Sequence record: PX104379.1
Source: a phage
Direction: 5' to 3' (one strand)
DNA: 64,000 nt
In this document: piece by piece, positions 41,711 to 51,618 of the stretch
Layout: every line of letters starts with the position of its first letter
Numbering within the stretch: position 1 is the stretch's first letter
Notes under the pieces: model-generated
Seen by the model: the letters and a program-made list of their open reading frames with translations, nothing else
Database searches by the model: none
Told to the model about the DNA's origin: nothing
Program-made: the position numbers and the translations under genes

Positions 41711-43975
41711 TCATAATTTACAGGATGAACAATCTTCAGCTTTTGGAGTTTCTATTTCATAATCATCAGTACCAGAACCATCACGGGTATTATGATAATA
41801 GAAATTTTTTCCGCCAAAATACCAAAAATACAAAAGGTCATCAATCATTATTGACATTGGAACCTTGCCTTTAGGGAAGATTTGGGGGTCATAGTATGTA
41901 TTCGCCGAAGCTGATTGACAAACCCATTTCAGCATAATAGCTACCTGCGTAAGATAAGGTTTATTACCTTTCTTAGCTAATTTCCATGTATAGTCGTAAA
42001 GGTCTATGTTATGCTCAATATTGGGCACGACCTGATTAAAGGAGCCCTCTTTTGATTCTTTAACAGAGACTGGTCCACGTGGAGGCTCGATACCGTTTGT
42101 ACTGTTAGAAACTTGGGAAGATGACTCACATGGCATAAGTGCTGATAATGTACTATTACGGATGCCAAAGAGCTTAAGGTCTTCCCGCAGCGCCGACCAG
42201 TCACAAACGTATTTTGGAGCTGCGATTTGGTCAATCTTTTTATTGTACCAGTCGATAGGTAATTCGCCTCGAGACCAACGAGTGTCTGAATAATATTCGC
42301 AAGGTCCTTTTTCTTTGGCGAGCTTAATGGATGCTTTAATGAGTCCATACTGTAATCTCTCAAATAGTTCATGTGTTAAATCGTTAGCATCTTCATAAGA
42401 AGCAAAGTTACTTGCCAGCCAAGCTGCATAGTTAGTAACACCTACACCAAGGTTTCGACGCTTTTTAGCTTTTTCTGCTTCAGGAACTGGATATCCTTGG
42501 TAATCCAAAAGATTATCAAGAGCACGAACTTGAACTTCTGCCAATTCATTAATTTTATCTTGGTCTTGCCAATCGAAGTTATCCAGCACAAATGCAGATA
42601 ACGTGCACAATCCAATTTCAGCATCGGGGCTATTCACATCATTTGTTGGAATAGCAATTTCACAGCACAAGTTACTCTGACGAATAGGTGCCTTTTCACG
42701 AATAAATGGAGTATAGTTATTCGTATTATCAATGAACTGTACATAAATCCTTGCTGTTCCTGAACGTTCAGTCATGAGCAATTCAAATAGTTCACGGGCT
42801 TTAATACGCTTTTTACGAATATTAGGGTCTTTTTCTGCTGCTTCGTATAATTCACGGAAACGGTCTTGGTCTTTAAAATAAGAATAATAAAGCTCGCCAC
42901 CCATTTCATGCGGACTGAACAAAGTAATGTAGTCGTTCTTTCCAAAACGTTCCATCATCAAATCATTCAGTTGGACGCCATAATCCATATGACGGATACG
43001 GTTTTCTTCTACACCTTTGTTATTTTTCAAAACGAGAAGATTTTCAACTTCCAAATGCCAAATAGGATAATAAGCAGTAGCAGCGCCGCCACGAATTCCA
43101 CCCTGTGAACATGATTTAACTGCAGTCTGAAAATGTTTCCAAAAAGGAATAACACCGGTATGGCGTACTTCACCCATGCCAATCTTAGAACCTTCGGCAC
43201 GAATCATACCAACGTTAATACCAATTCCAGCACGTTTGGAGATATATTCAACAATTGAAGCGGAAGCCTTGTTGATAGACTTTAATGAATCACCTGCCTC
43301 AATAACAACGCATGAACTAAACTGTCTAGTCGGAGTACGACAACCAGCCATAATAGGAGTTGGCAGTGAAATCTGTCGAGTAGATACTGCTTCATAAAAA
43401 CGGATAACATGTTTTAATCTATCAACAGGTTCATCTTGATGCAGTGCCATTCCAATAGCCATAAATGCAAACTGTGGAGTTTCATAAATTTGACCAGTGG
43501 TTTTATCTTTAACTAGATATTTTTCTTTTAATTGCATCGCCCCGGAATAAGTAAATTCCATATCCCGCTCGTGCTTAATTTTTGATTCTAAAAATGTAAT
43601 TTCTTCTGCTGAATATTTTGACAATAATTCAGGGTCATATTTACCTGCATTTACACAATAAGAAATATGGTCAATAAATGAACGCGGTTCATACTGCCCA
43701 TAAACATGCTTACGAAGAGCAAACATTAAACAACGTGCAGCTACATATTGGTAATCAGGCTCTTCAACCGAAATAGAATTCGCAGCGGCCTTAATGACAA
43801 TAGTCTGAATATCATCAGTTGTCATTCCATCACGGAGATAAGATTTAATATTTTCATATAATTCATAAGGATCTACTGATGTTCCCTCAGCTGCCCAAGA
43901 TAAAACTTTAATAATTTTTTGTGGGTCAAAGCTCTGAGAAACACCACTACTTTTGATAACATTAATTAATTGCAT
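41711..43975 (-). CDS. nrdA: Ribonucleotide reductase large subunit
   Basis: 754 aa, class Ia RNR large-subunit features (C-terminal CxxC tail). Confidence 0.95.
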   Translation of the reverse strand: MQLINVIKSSGVSQSFDPQKIIKVLSWAAEGTSVDPYELYENIKSYLRDGMTTDDIQTIVIKAAANSISVEEPDYQYVAARCLMFALRKHVYGQYEPRSFIDHISYCVNAGKYDPELLSKYSAEEITFLESKIKHERDMEFTYSGAMQLKEKYLVKDKTTGQIYETPQFAFMAIGMALHQDEPVDRLKHVIRFYEAVSTRQISLPTPIMAGCRTPTRQFSSCVVIEAGDSLKSINKASASIVEYISKRAGIGINVGMIRAEGSKIGMGEVRHTGVIPFWKHFQTAVKSCSQGGIRGGAATAYYPIWHLEVENLLVLKNNKGVEENRIRHMDYGVQLNDLMMERFGKNDYITLFSPHEMGGELYYSYFKDQDRFRELYEAAEKDPNIRKKRIKARELFELLMTERSGTARIYVQFIDNTNNYTPFIREKAPIRQSNLCCEIAIPTNDVNSPDAEIGLCTLSAFVLDNFDWQDQDKINELAEVQVRALDNLLDYQGYPVPEAEKAKKRRNLGVGVTNYAAWLASNFASYEDANDLTHELFERLQYGLIKASIKLAKEKGPCEYYSDTRWSRGELPIDWYNKKIDQIAAPKYVCDWSALREDLKLFGIRNSTLSALMPCESSSQVSNSTNGIEPPRGPVSVKESKEGSFNQVVPNIEHNIDLYDYTWKLAKKGNKPYLTQVAIMLKWVCQSASANTYYDPQIFPKGKVPMSIMIDDLLYFWYFGGKNFYYHNTRDGSGTDDYEIETPKAEDCSSCKL

Positions 43976-44292
43976 AAGTCCTCAACTTGAAAATCGTCTT
44001 TAAACAATCGGTTAACTATATGAGCTATTATATCACCATGACACGGCTTTGGTTTACATGTGCATCCTAGCCTCATTCCACGTAAAGGCTCTAAATGTGC
44101 TTTAGTTATTTCTCCGGATTTAATTCGACGTATAAAATCTTTTTTGAATAATTCAATGGCAGCCTCCCGGCTGCCAGCATCTTTACCGATGTAATTTCCC
44201 CAAAATGTACCACGGTGAATATTAACATCAAAGTCGGATTTATATTTATTCACTACCCGACATAGACGGCCCGGTTGGTAATAATTCTTCAT
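43966..44292 (-). CDS. Hypothetical protein (nrdA.1 position), Cys cluster near C-terminus
   Basis: 108-aa ORF with CTCKPKPCH. Confidence 0.55.
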   Translation of the reverse strand: MKNYYQPGRLCRVVNKYKSDFDVNIHRGTFWGNYIGKDAGSREAAIELFKKDFIRRIKSGEITKAHLEPLRGMRLGCTCKPKPCHGDIIAHIVNRLFKDDFQVEDLCN

Positions 44293-44521
44293 ATTGTTTT
44301 TCCGTTAATACAGTAATATCATAGTAACAATCGGAAGAAGTTTTAACTGTGGAAATTTTATTATCAAAATACTCACGATTCATTTTATGAGTATAATATT
44401 TTTTACCATAAATGATAATAGGCTGTTCTGGTCCTGGAACTTCTAACTCACTTGGATTAGGAAGTGTAAAAAGAACGACACCAGAAGTATCCTTAAATCG
44501 TAAAATCATATATCCTCTCAA
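44246..44521 (-). CDS. Hypothetical protein (nrdA.2 position)
   Basis: 91-aa ORF. Confidence 0.5.
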   Translation of the reverse strand: MRGYMILRFKDTSGVVLFTLPNPSELEVPGPEQPIIIYGKKYYTHKMNREYFDNKISTVKTSSDCYYDITVLTEKQYEELLPTGPSMSGSE

Positions 44522-44532
44522 TTAAATTAAAA

Positions 44533-45393
44533 TTATACCGCCATCTTTCCTTTAATTGACGGATGAGATACATAGTTGTTAAGAACAAAATTATGCGGCT
44601 TTGCGAATTGACTCAACCAAAATACCTGCGATTCTGTGTCCCATTCATCAAATTCATCTGGAAATTTTAATTGTAATTCGCATAAATCCATAGGTTCACG
44701 ACGCAAAATTTCTTTACATTGTTCTACGTGATTCATATAGATATGAGTATTACCACCAGAAAATATCAAATCTCCCGGAATAAGATTACACATCTTAGCT
44801 ACAATATGAACTAACGTAGCATATGATGCAATATTAAATGGAAGACCGAGGAAAACATCTACCGAACGTTGATACCACTGCAAATCTAAATAGCCATTAC
44901 GCACATTAAACTGATAGAACATATGACAAGGCGGTAATGCCATATATTTAAGTTCAGCTGGATTCCACGCAGAAACAATTTGACGCCTATCATTTGGCAT
45001 TTTTTTAATACGATCAACAACTTCTATAATTTGGTCTACACCGCCAAAATCGCGCCACTGTTTTCCATAAATTGGACCAAGTTCACCACTATGGTATCCT
45101 AAATCTTTTGCCTGATTTTCGTAATTTTCATCCCAAACTGTTTTGCCTTGGATTAACGAATCGTGTTGAATTAATCGTAAATCATTGACATTTGTGCTTC
45201 CCGATAAAAACCATATTAGCTCAGCAATGCATGCATTCCAGGCGAGCTTCTTAGTTGTTACTGCAGGAAAACCTTTGGTTAAATCCCATCGTAATTTAGT
45301 ACCGAACAAAGCAATTGTTCCTGTGCCCGTTCGGTCATCGGTTTCATAGCCATTTTCAAAAATGTCTTTAATTAAATCTTGGTATTGTTTCAT
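44533..45393 (-). CDS. td: Thymidylate synthase, uninterrupted
   Basis: 286-aa continuous ORF MKQYQDLIKDIFENGYE; active-site region PPCH present; no intron. Confidence 0.95.
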   Translation of the reverse strand: MKQYQDLIKDIFENGYETDDRTGTGTIALFGTKLRWDLTKGFPAVTTKKLAWNACIAELIWFLSGSTNVNDLRLIQHDSLIQGKTVWDENYENQAKDLGYHSGELGPIYGKQWRDFGGVDQIIEVVDRIKKMPNDRRQIVSAWNPAELKYMALPPCHMFYQFNVRNGYLDLQWYQRSVDVFLGLPFNIASYATLVHIVAKMCNLIPGDLIFSGGNTHIYMNHVEQCKEILRREPMDLCELQLKFPDEFDEWDTESQVFWLSQFAKPHNFVLNNYVSHPSIKGKMAV

Positions 45394-45438
45394 TTAGTAC
45401 CTTATATAAATTATAATACATTTTATGAAGCTAAATAA

Positions 45439-45798
45439 TCAATACGGTTTAGCATCAAATTTTCTCTCAATTTCAGGTGTGAAATATAATTCTTTACCGC
45501 GTTTGGAAAAGCGACCAATAATATGATAATTATTCTCATCAAACGTGATATTACCAATATCCATAGCTTTCAACCAAATATCGATATTTCTATCCAGCTT
45601 TATGTCAAAATTCCAATACGGAGAACTATTACCGAAAATACTACAAGCGGATTCGGTGAAACAGCTACTATAAATCTTGTCTTTAGGAACTACTAATTGA
45701 TAGACACCTTTAATAAACTGAGGACCTTGCCATTTTGGCTGTTTCGCGTCTTTTTCTAATAGAATAGGGTAATAATTAAAATTCATATTTTCCGCCAT
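45439..45798 (-). CDS. Hypothetical protein, 119 aa, inserted between frd and td
   Basis: ORF starts 8 bp after frd stop and ends 45 bp before td start; no recognisable motif. Confidence 0.6.
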   Translation of the reverse strand: MAENMNFNYYPILLEKDAKQPKWQGPQFIKGVYQLVVPKDKIYSSCFTESACSIFGNSSPYWNFDIKLDRNIDIWLKAMDIGNITFDENNYHIIGRFSKRGKELYFTPEIERKFDAKPY

Positions 45799-45806
45799 GC
45801 GTTATT

Positions 45807-46629
<823 letters not shown>

Positions 46630-46645
<16 letters not shown>

Positions 46646-46989
46646 TGAAAGGGGCCATAAGCAAATCCGCTATCTTTAATCATTTTAACTAAAGTTACCA
46701 TTCCTCTGTTAACTGCTTGTGCGATTTCATTAAAAACTTCATCACTATCACCATAAAGATCGCTAAAAAGTTCTAACACGTTCTTCTGAACTTTTAATTT
46801 ACAACCAACAAATTCGCCTACAGTAAATTCGTTTCCGCCAACTCCAGCGTAAAACGTAATTACACCAGTTAATGGTCTTTCACTAGAACATAGGTCGTGT
46901 GATAAATTAATATAAGCCGTCCCGGGCGCAGTTTTAAGTTGGCAACGAATACTTACTCGAGCAATTCCAGCTACACGAATGTCAGACAT
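46630..46989 (-). CDS. Hypothetical protein (frd.2 position)
   Basis: 119-aa ORF. Confidence 0.5.
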
Positions 46990-46999
46990 ATTATTTTCC

Positions 47000-47242
47000 T
47001 CAAACAGACTTTTTCACAATTTTCCAATCAGCTTTAAACTGATCAACATCAGAATGATAAATCCAAAATCCTGCGCTTTCACCATCTTCATAAAGCGGAC
47101 ATCCATCGCATTCATCTTCCCATCCCATATCACGCAAAAGATGTTCAGCTTTTTCAACAAGTTCAGAATCTTTACCGATGATATTAAAATACCATTTACC
47201 TCTAACTTCCGAATCTTTGATGCTTTGACGTTGTAATCTCAT
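47000..47242 (-). CDS. Hypothetical protein (frd.3 position)
   Basis: 80-aa ORF with GAGGAG ribosome-binding site and GTTTACA promoter upstream. Confidence 0.55.
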   Translation of the reverse strand: MRLQRQSIKDSEVRGKWYFNIIGKDSELVEKAEHLLRDMGWEDECDGCPLYEDGESAGFWIYHSDVDQFKADWKIVKKSV

Positions 47243-47268
47243 TTTATTCTCCTCAAGTTGATAAGGCT

Positions 47269-47298
47269 ATAGTATCATTACCATAGCCCGTTGTAAAC
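47269..47298 (-). promoter_or_regulatory. Candidate early promoter upstream of frd.3-position gene
   Basis: Minus strand GTTTACA, 17-nt spacer, TACTAT. Confidence 0.4.
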
Positions 47299-47300
47299 AA

Positions 47301-47594
47301 TTATTTTTGAATTTTATCGAGCCACTTACCAAGCTTAATCATTTCTTTAGTAGCCTTTTCCATACTTCTGAACTTGACCAATAGAGGATAGGTATCGACA
47401 CCCATAACTAAACTGGTTACAAGACTGTGTTCACCCACAAGCCATAACGAATACGTTTGAATATCGAGCCCGTAATTTCTGTCTTTGTGGACCCGTACAC
47501 CCATCACTTCAAATTTCTCACTAGCTTTTTCTACCGCATCCAGGAAATCATCTTTAGTCATATTAGGCCTTAAAAGTTTTTCGCAAAAGTTCAA
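47301..47594 (-). CDS. Hypothetical protein, 97 aa
   Basis: ORF between frd.3-position gene and gene 32; start ambiguous. Confidence 0.45.
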   Translation of the reverse strand: MNFCEKLLRPNMTKDDFLDAVEKASEKFEVMGVRVHKDRNYGLDIQTYSLWLVGEHSLVTSLVMGVDTYPLLVKFRSMEKATKEMIKLGKWLDKIQK

Positions 47595-47928
47595 TGATTT
47601 CGTCTACATTGTTTTCATCTACAATGCAGTGAATTTTTGTTACGCCAGAAACCTTGTCTTTGACTTCATCTTCTTCAGAAGTCGGTTCTTTATACTCGCG
47701 AAAACAATGAAATTCGTCTTCACAAACGTTAAAGTAAAAATGCTTTCCATTTGCGCATTCAATGTGTTTTATTACTCTAAATCCATCAACAAAGAAAGCT
47801 TCTTTAACTTCAAACCATCCGCCGTTTTCTTGAATAATTTTAACTATTGATGAATTAGAACGTGGGCGATAATTAATAAATGTATCAATAAGTCTTGGAA
47901 CAAGCTCATACTTTTTGCCGATATACAT
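47563..47928 (-). CDS. Hypothetical protein, 121 aa
   Basis: ORF with GAGGAAA ribosome-binding site after hairpin. Confidence 0.5.
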   Translation of the reverse strand: MYIGKKYELVPRLIDTFINYRPRSNSSIVKIIQENGGWFEVKEAFFVDGFRVIKHIECANGKHFYFNVCEDEFHCFREYKEPTSEEDEVKDKVSGVTKIHCIVDENNVDEIIELLRKTFKA

Positions 47929-47972
47929 TACGGTTTCCTCATTTTGATAGGGGCTTGATAGCCCCTTGATAA

Positions 47973-48263
47973 TTATTGTTCAATCAGTCCCATGTAAAAT
48001 TCTGCGTCTTCGGCATCCATGCCATCACAATATTCATTAGCCATAAAGCGGGTGAGGTCTTCAAGAGGACCTTCAACAACAATTTGAATACTCCAAAATT
48101 TAGAATCTTGCACACTTGTGATACTAAGTTCAGGATAACGATTACGAATAATTTCTTCAATATATTCAAAATCAACAACATCAATATCAACTTTAGCCAT
48201 ATTATTTTCCTCTTTAATTATTAGCAGTATTGCCGATAGTTGTATAGTACCATGGAAGGACAA
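47973..48263 (-). CDS. Hypothetical protein, 96 aa (or 75 aa from internal Met)
   Basis: ORF directly downstream of gene 32 terminator. Confidence 0.45.
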   Translation of the reverse strand: MSFHGTIQLSAILLIIKEENNMAKVDIDVVDFEYIEEIIRNRYPELSITSVQDSKFWSIQIVVEGPLEDLTRFMANEYCDGMDAEDAEFYMGLIEQ

Positions 48264-48294
48264 GGATGTAAACCATTTTGTGAAAAAATTTTTG

Positions 48295-48322
48295 AAATAA
48301 AAAAGGGACCCTAGAGGTCCCC
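48295..48322 (-). terminator. Intrinsic terminator after gene 32
   Basis: Minus strand GGGACC-TCTAG-GGTCCC followed by TTTTTTATTTC. Confidence 0.7.
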
Positions 48323-48344
48323 AATTAATTAGTAATATAATCTA

Positions 48345-49253
48345 TTAAAGGTCATTCAAAAGGTCATCCAGGTCCGTGTCATCAGCACTAGATGAACTGC
48401 CAGAGCTTGAGCTCATAAAATCATCTTCAGTTTTTGTATTGAAGTCATCAACATTGAATGCATCCAAATCATCAGCAACTTTATCAGCTTTCTTAGCAGC
48501 AGTTGCAGCAGCACCGCCCATCACAGCAGTTCCCATAACTTGACCGAATTTAGTGCTCAGTTCTTCAAACGATTTGAATTTATCTTTAGAAGTCATTTCA
48601 GAAAGGTCAACCATTTGTTCGAACAGTTCTTTCTGGAAAGATTCATCGTCAATGTTTGGAATCGCAGATTGATTCAGGAATTTAGATTCGTCGTAGTTAC
48701 TAAAACCAGAAACTTGTTTAACTTTCAGTACAAAGTTAGCACCTTCCCACGGACAAGTTACATCAACCGGAGTTTCACCCATTTCAACATCAACTGCAAT
48801 CATTGCGTTGATTTTATCCCAGATTTTCTTACCGAAACGGTATTTAAATACTTTACCTTCATTTTCTGGAGCAGCTGGGTCTTTTACTACAAGAATGTTA
48901 GCCCAGTAAGAAGTTTTACGTTTAACAAGACCGTACTCTTTATTGTCAGTGTTGTACAAATCATTTTTACTGATGTACTGACATACTGGGCAAGAATCGT
49001 AATCACCGTGGGTAGATGAACAGTTTTCAATATACCATTTACCATTTTTCTTGAAACCGTGATTTACAAGAATTGCGAATGGTGCTTGTTCATCATTTTT
49101 AGACGGAAGAAAACGAATTACTGCTTGACCGTTACCCGCATTGTCGAGTTTCAGTTTCCACTCGCCTTTATCTTCAGAAGAAAAACCACCTTTATTTCCA
49201 GCCAGTTTAGCCATTTGTGCAGCGAGTTCAGCAGTAGATTTACGTTTAAACAT
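48345..49253 (-). CDS. 32: Single-stranded DNA-binding protein gp32
   Basis: 302 aa; [18 protein letters not shown]-terminus and acidic C-terminus as in T4 gp32; translational operator upstream. Confidence 0.95.
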   Translation of the reverse strand: MFKRKSTAELAAQMAKLAGNKGGFSSEDKGEWKLKLDNAGNGQAVIRFLPSKNDEQAPFAILVNHGFKKNGKWYIENCSSTHGDYDSCPVCQYISKNDLYNTDNKEYGLVKRKTSYWANILVVKDPAAPENEGKVFKYRFGKKIWDKINAMIAVDVEMGETPVDVTCPWEGANFVLKVKQVSGFSNYDESKFLNQSAIPNIDDESFQKELFEQMVDLSEMTSKDKFKSFEELSTKFGQVMGTAVMGGAAATAAKKADKVADDLDAFNVDDFNTKTEDDFMSSSSGSSSSADDTDLDDLLNDL

Positions 49254-49320
49254 TTTTATTTCCTTTTTAATTTAATTAACAGTTGGTGCTATGACGATGT
49301 ATGACCTCATAGCTGGTCAG
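49254..49320 (-). promoter_or_regulatory. Gene 32 translational operator (autoregulation by gp32)
   Basis: mRNA leader has hairpin GCUAUGA...UCAUAGC followed by unstructured UUAAUUAAAUUAAAAAGGAAAUAAAA before AUG, as in T4 gene 32 leader. Confidence 0.55.
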
Positions 49321-49352
49321 TGAGATAATTATAATCTATTTATAATAAGCAA

Positions 49353-50006
49353 TTAATACTTGCAAGATTTCACAGTTTCAATAAAAACTTTTTTAGCTTC
49401 CTGTGAATCAATATTTAAAATTTTTCTATAAGCCTTTAACTTTATAGAATAATTATTCCAGACTAAATTATCAGTCTGTTCATCATGTTTATCAATTATA
49501 TTTAAAAATGAATCAAGCAAGATAAACGTTTCAAACGAAATTATGTTCGACTGAAGCAGTTTAAAAATATAACTTGATTGAACTTTTGGATTATATTCAA
49601 AGATTTCTTTAAAAGCAGAAACTTCAACTTTTTTACTAAAATAATAAATGTTGCGAATATCTTCTTCAAACTTAAATTTAATTTGCTTTAAGCGTCCGAT
49701 ATATTCACGATAAAACACAAGTGCATCAGCGTCAGAGATGTCACCAATCCAAGCATCTTGGTTAGCAACAAGATTGCTTATAAAGATTAAAGCAAGTTCC
49801 TTTAATTTATATTTTTCTGATAACTTCTGGAAAAAATACTTATCCCTTCGCTTTTGATAAGCGGCATCAGACACCCGCATGCACCAATTATACTTAATTA
49901 CATCATACTTTCCATTCATATGCTGTTTTATCATTAAGTATAATTTATAAACTGATTTACCATCAATGTATCTTTCACCACCAGCAGGCATGCGGAGTTT
50001 AATCAT
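49353..50006 (-). CDS. 59: Helicase loader gp59
   Basis: 217 aa, sequence matches T4 gp59 as recalled. Confidence 0.92.
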   Translation of the reverse strand: MIKLRMPAGGERYIDGKSVYKLYLMIKQHMNGKYDVIKYNWCMRVSDAAYQKRRDKYFFQKLSEKYKLKELALIFISNLVANQDAWIGDISDADALVFYREYIGRLKQIKFKFEEDIRNIYYFSKKVEVSAFKEIFEYNPKVQSSYIFKLLQSNIISFETFILLDSFLNIIDKHDEQTDNLVWNNYSIKLKAYRKILNIDSQEAKKVFIETVKSCKY

Positions 50007-50341
50007 AGCAGAAAATCTAATGTATTAGTTTTTTCACAACGAACAACAGAAGGACGTAAAAGATTTTCGTCAATAGCTTCTGACTGAATTTTTTCAATTA
50101 TACCCGAAGGAATAAATTTAGCAAATTGAGTTTCAGGAATAGAGTTTTCTTCCAAGAATGCTGTCGTAGCTTCAAGATAACTCATTCCAAATTCTTCTAC
50201 CATTTTTTCAATAATAAATCCATTTTCTTGGCGGTCAAGAAGCTTTGCTATTTCATCCTTTTCTTTCTTGATTGAAAGTTCTTTTTCTGAAAGCCCGGCC
50301 TCATCGACCGGGCGAATATCATTTAGAGAAAACTGTGTCAT
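50003..50341 (-). CDS. 33: Late transcription accessory protein gp33
   Basis: 112 aa from MTQFSLNDIRPVDE. Confidence 0.85.
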   Translation of the reverse strand: MTQFSLNDIRPVDEAGLSEKELSIKKEKDEIAKLLDRQENGFIIEKMVEEFGMSYLEATTAFLEENSIPETQFAKFIPSGIIEKIQSEAIDENLLRPSVVRCEKTNTLDFLL

Positions 50342-50588
50342 AAAGTTCAACTACCTCTTCAGTTTCAGCTTCAAACACATCACGGTTATCTTTATGATAC
50401 AAAGCTAATAGACGATTAAACATCTTACCATCAACACCAAGTTCATCTTTGGCACGAATTCGAATATCTTTAATCAGTTCATTATAACCGGAAATTTTCA
50501 GTTTATGATCAGATGCTTCTTTAATAAATTTAGCCAAGTCTTCGCCGTGGATAGCTTCATCAAATTCAACCATTTCTTTTTTAGCCAT
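50319..50588 (-). CDS. dsbA: Double-stranded DNA-binding protein DsbA
   Basis: 89 aa, position between rnh and 33. Confidence 0.85.
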   Translation of the reverse strand: MAKKEMVEFDEAIHGEDLAKFIKEASDHKLKISGYNELIKDIRIRAKDELGVDGKMFNRLLALYHKDNRDVFEAETEEVVELYDTVFSK

Positions 50589-50596
50589 TATTCACC

Positions 50597-51514
50597 TCAA
50601 AATTCATTAATGCTATTAGTTAATTTAGAAAGACCCGCTTTTACAAAATATGAATAAATTTTGCCACGCGGTGGTAATTTATATGAATTATAGTAATTCA
50701 CAATGTTTGAAGCAATATTATCAGGAATATAATCAAAATCAATTAGAACTAAATTTTCTTTATAACGATTATATTCAGATTCTGTAAGAAGCACCTTAGC
50801 TTGCTCACGGTCATTAGCAATAGCTTCAACGATTGAAGTTTTCATTGAAGGAGTTCGTTCACCTTCAACTCTGGTAAACCAAAAGTCAGATCGTACTTTA
50901 ACTGAAGCAACGTTGTCCTTTTTGTCGCCTTTAAGGATTTTAGTCATACAGTCAATTTCAGCAGAACCGCTTTTAATTTTAACCCATTTCTTGTGCATCG
51001 GTGACCATTGCTTAACATTTGGGTATTTGTGAAGCTGTGTAAAGTCACCATCCGACGAAATGATTAAAATCTTATGTCCTTCTAAAGAGAACTTTTTAAC
51101 AAGAACAGCAATGTGGTCATCTGCTTCATACTTATCAATATCCATAACAATGTATGGCATATAAGCTTTCAATTCATCTATAACTTTATGACTGGATTCA
51201 AAATAACCTTCCCAGTCCCAAGTCGATTCTTCTCGTGCTTTTCCACGGTTTTTCTTATAATAATAAGCAAAATCACGGCGCCAGTATCCAGATTTCGCGT
51301 TATCAATACACAGTACAATTTTAGTGTATCCAAGCGTTTTTGCTTTTTTGACATTAAACTTAATTGAGTTCAATATCAAATGACGAACCATTGATAAATT
51401 AATTTTTTCTTTATCTGGGAAGTTTACTAAAGCAGTTGAAAGCGCAATTTGACTAAAGTCAATAAAGCAAATTCCTTCTTTGTAATCTTCATCCAGCATC
51501 ATTTCTAAATCCAT
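50597..51514 (-). CDS. rnh: RNase H (5'-3' exonuclease, FEN-1 family)
   Basis: 305 aa from MDLEMMLDEDYKEGIC. Confidence 0.92.
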   Translation of the reverse strand: MDLEMMLDEDYKEGICFIDFSQIALSTALVNFPDKEKINLSMVRHLILNSIKFNVKKAKTLGYTKIVLCIDNAKSGYWRRDFAYYYKKNRGKAREESTWDWEGYFESSHKVIDELKAYMPYIVMDIDKYEADDHIAVLVKKFSLEGHKILIISSDGDFTQLHKYPNVKQWSPMHKKWVKIKSGSAEIDCMTKILKGDKKDNVASVKVRSDFWFTRVEGERTPSMKTSIVEAIANDREQAKVLLTESEYNRYKENLVLIDFDYIPDNIASNIVNYYNSYKLPPRGKIYSYFVKAGLSKLTNSINEF

Positions 51515-51576
51515 ATGAACCTCGTTCAATTAGTGAGATTTCTATTATATACCATCCAAATCTTAAAGTAAACAAG

Positions 51577-51584
51577 TATAAATA
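51577..51584 (+). promoter_or_regulatory. T4-type late promoter upstream of gene 34
   Basis: Exact TATAAATA about 35 bp before ATG. Confidence 0.6.
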
Positions 51585-51618
51585 CTTATTATTGAAAACA
51601 CAATAGGAGCCCGGGAGA

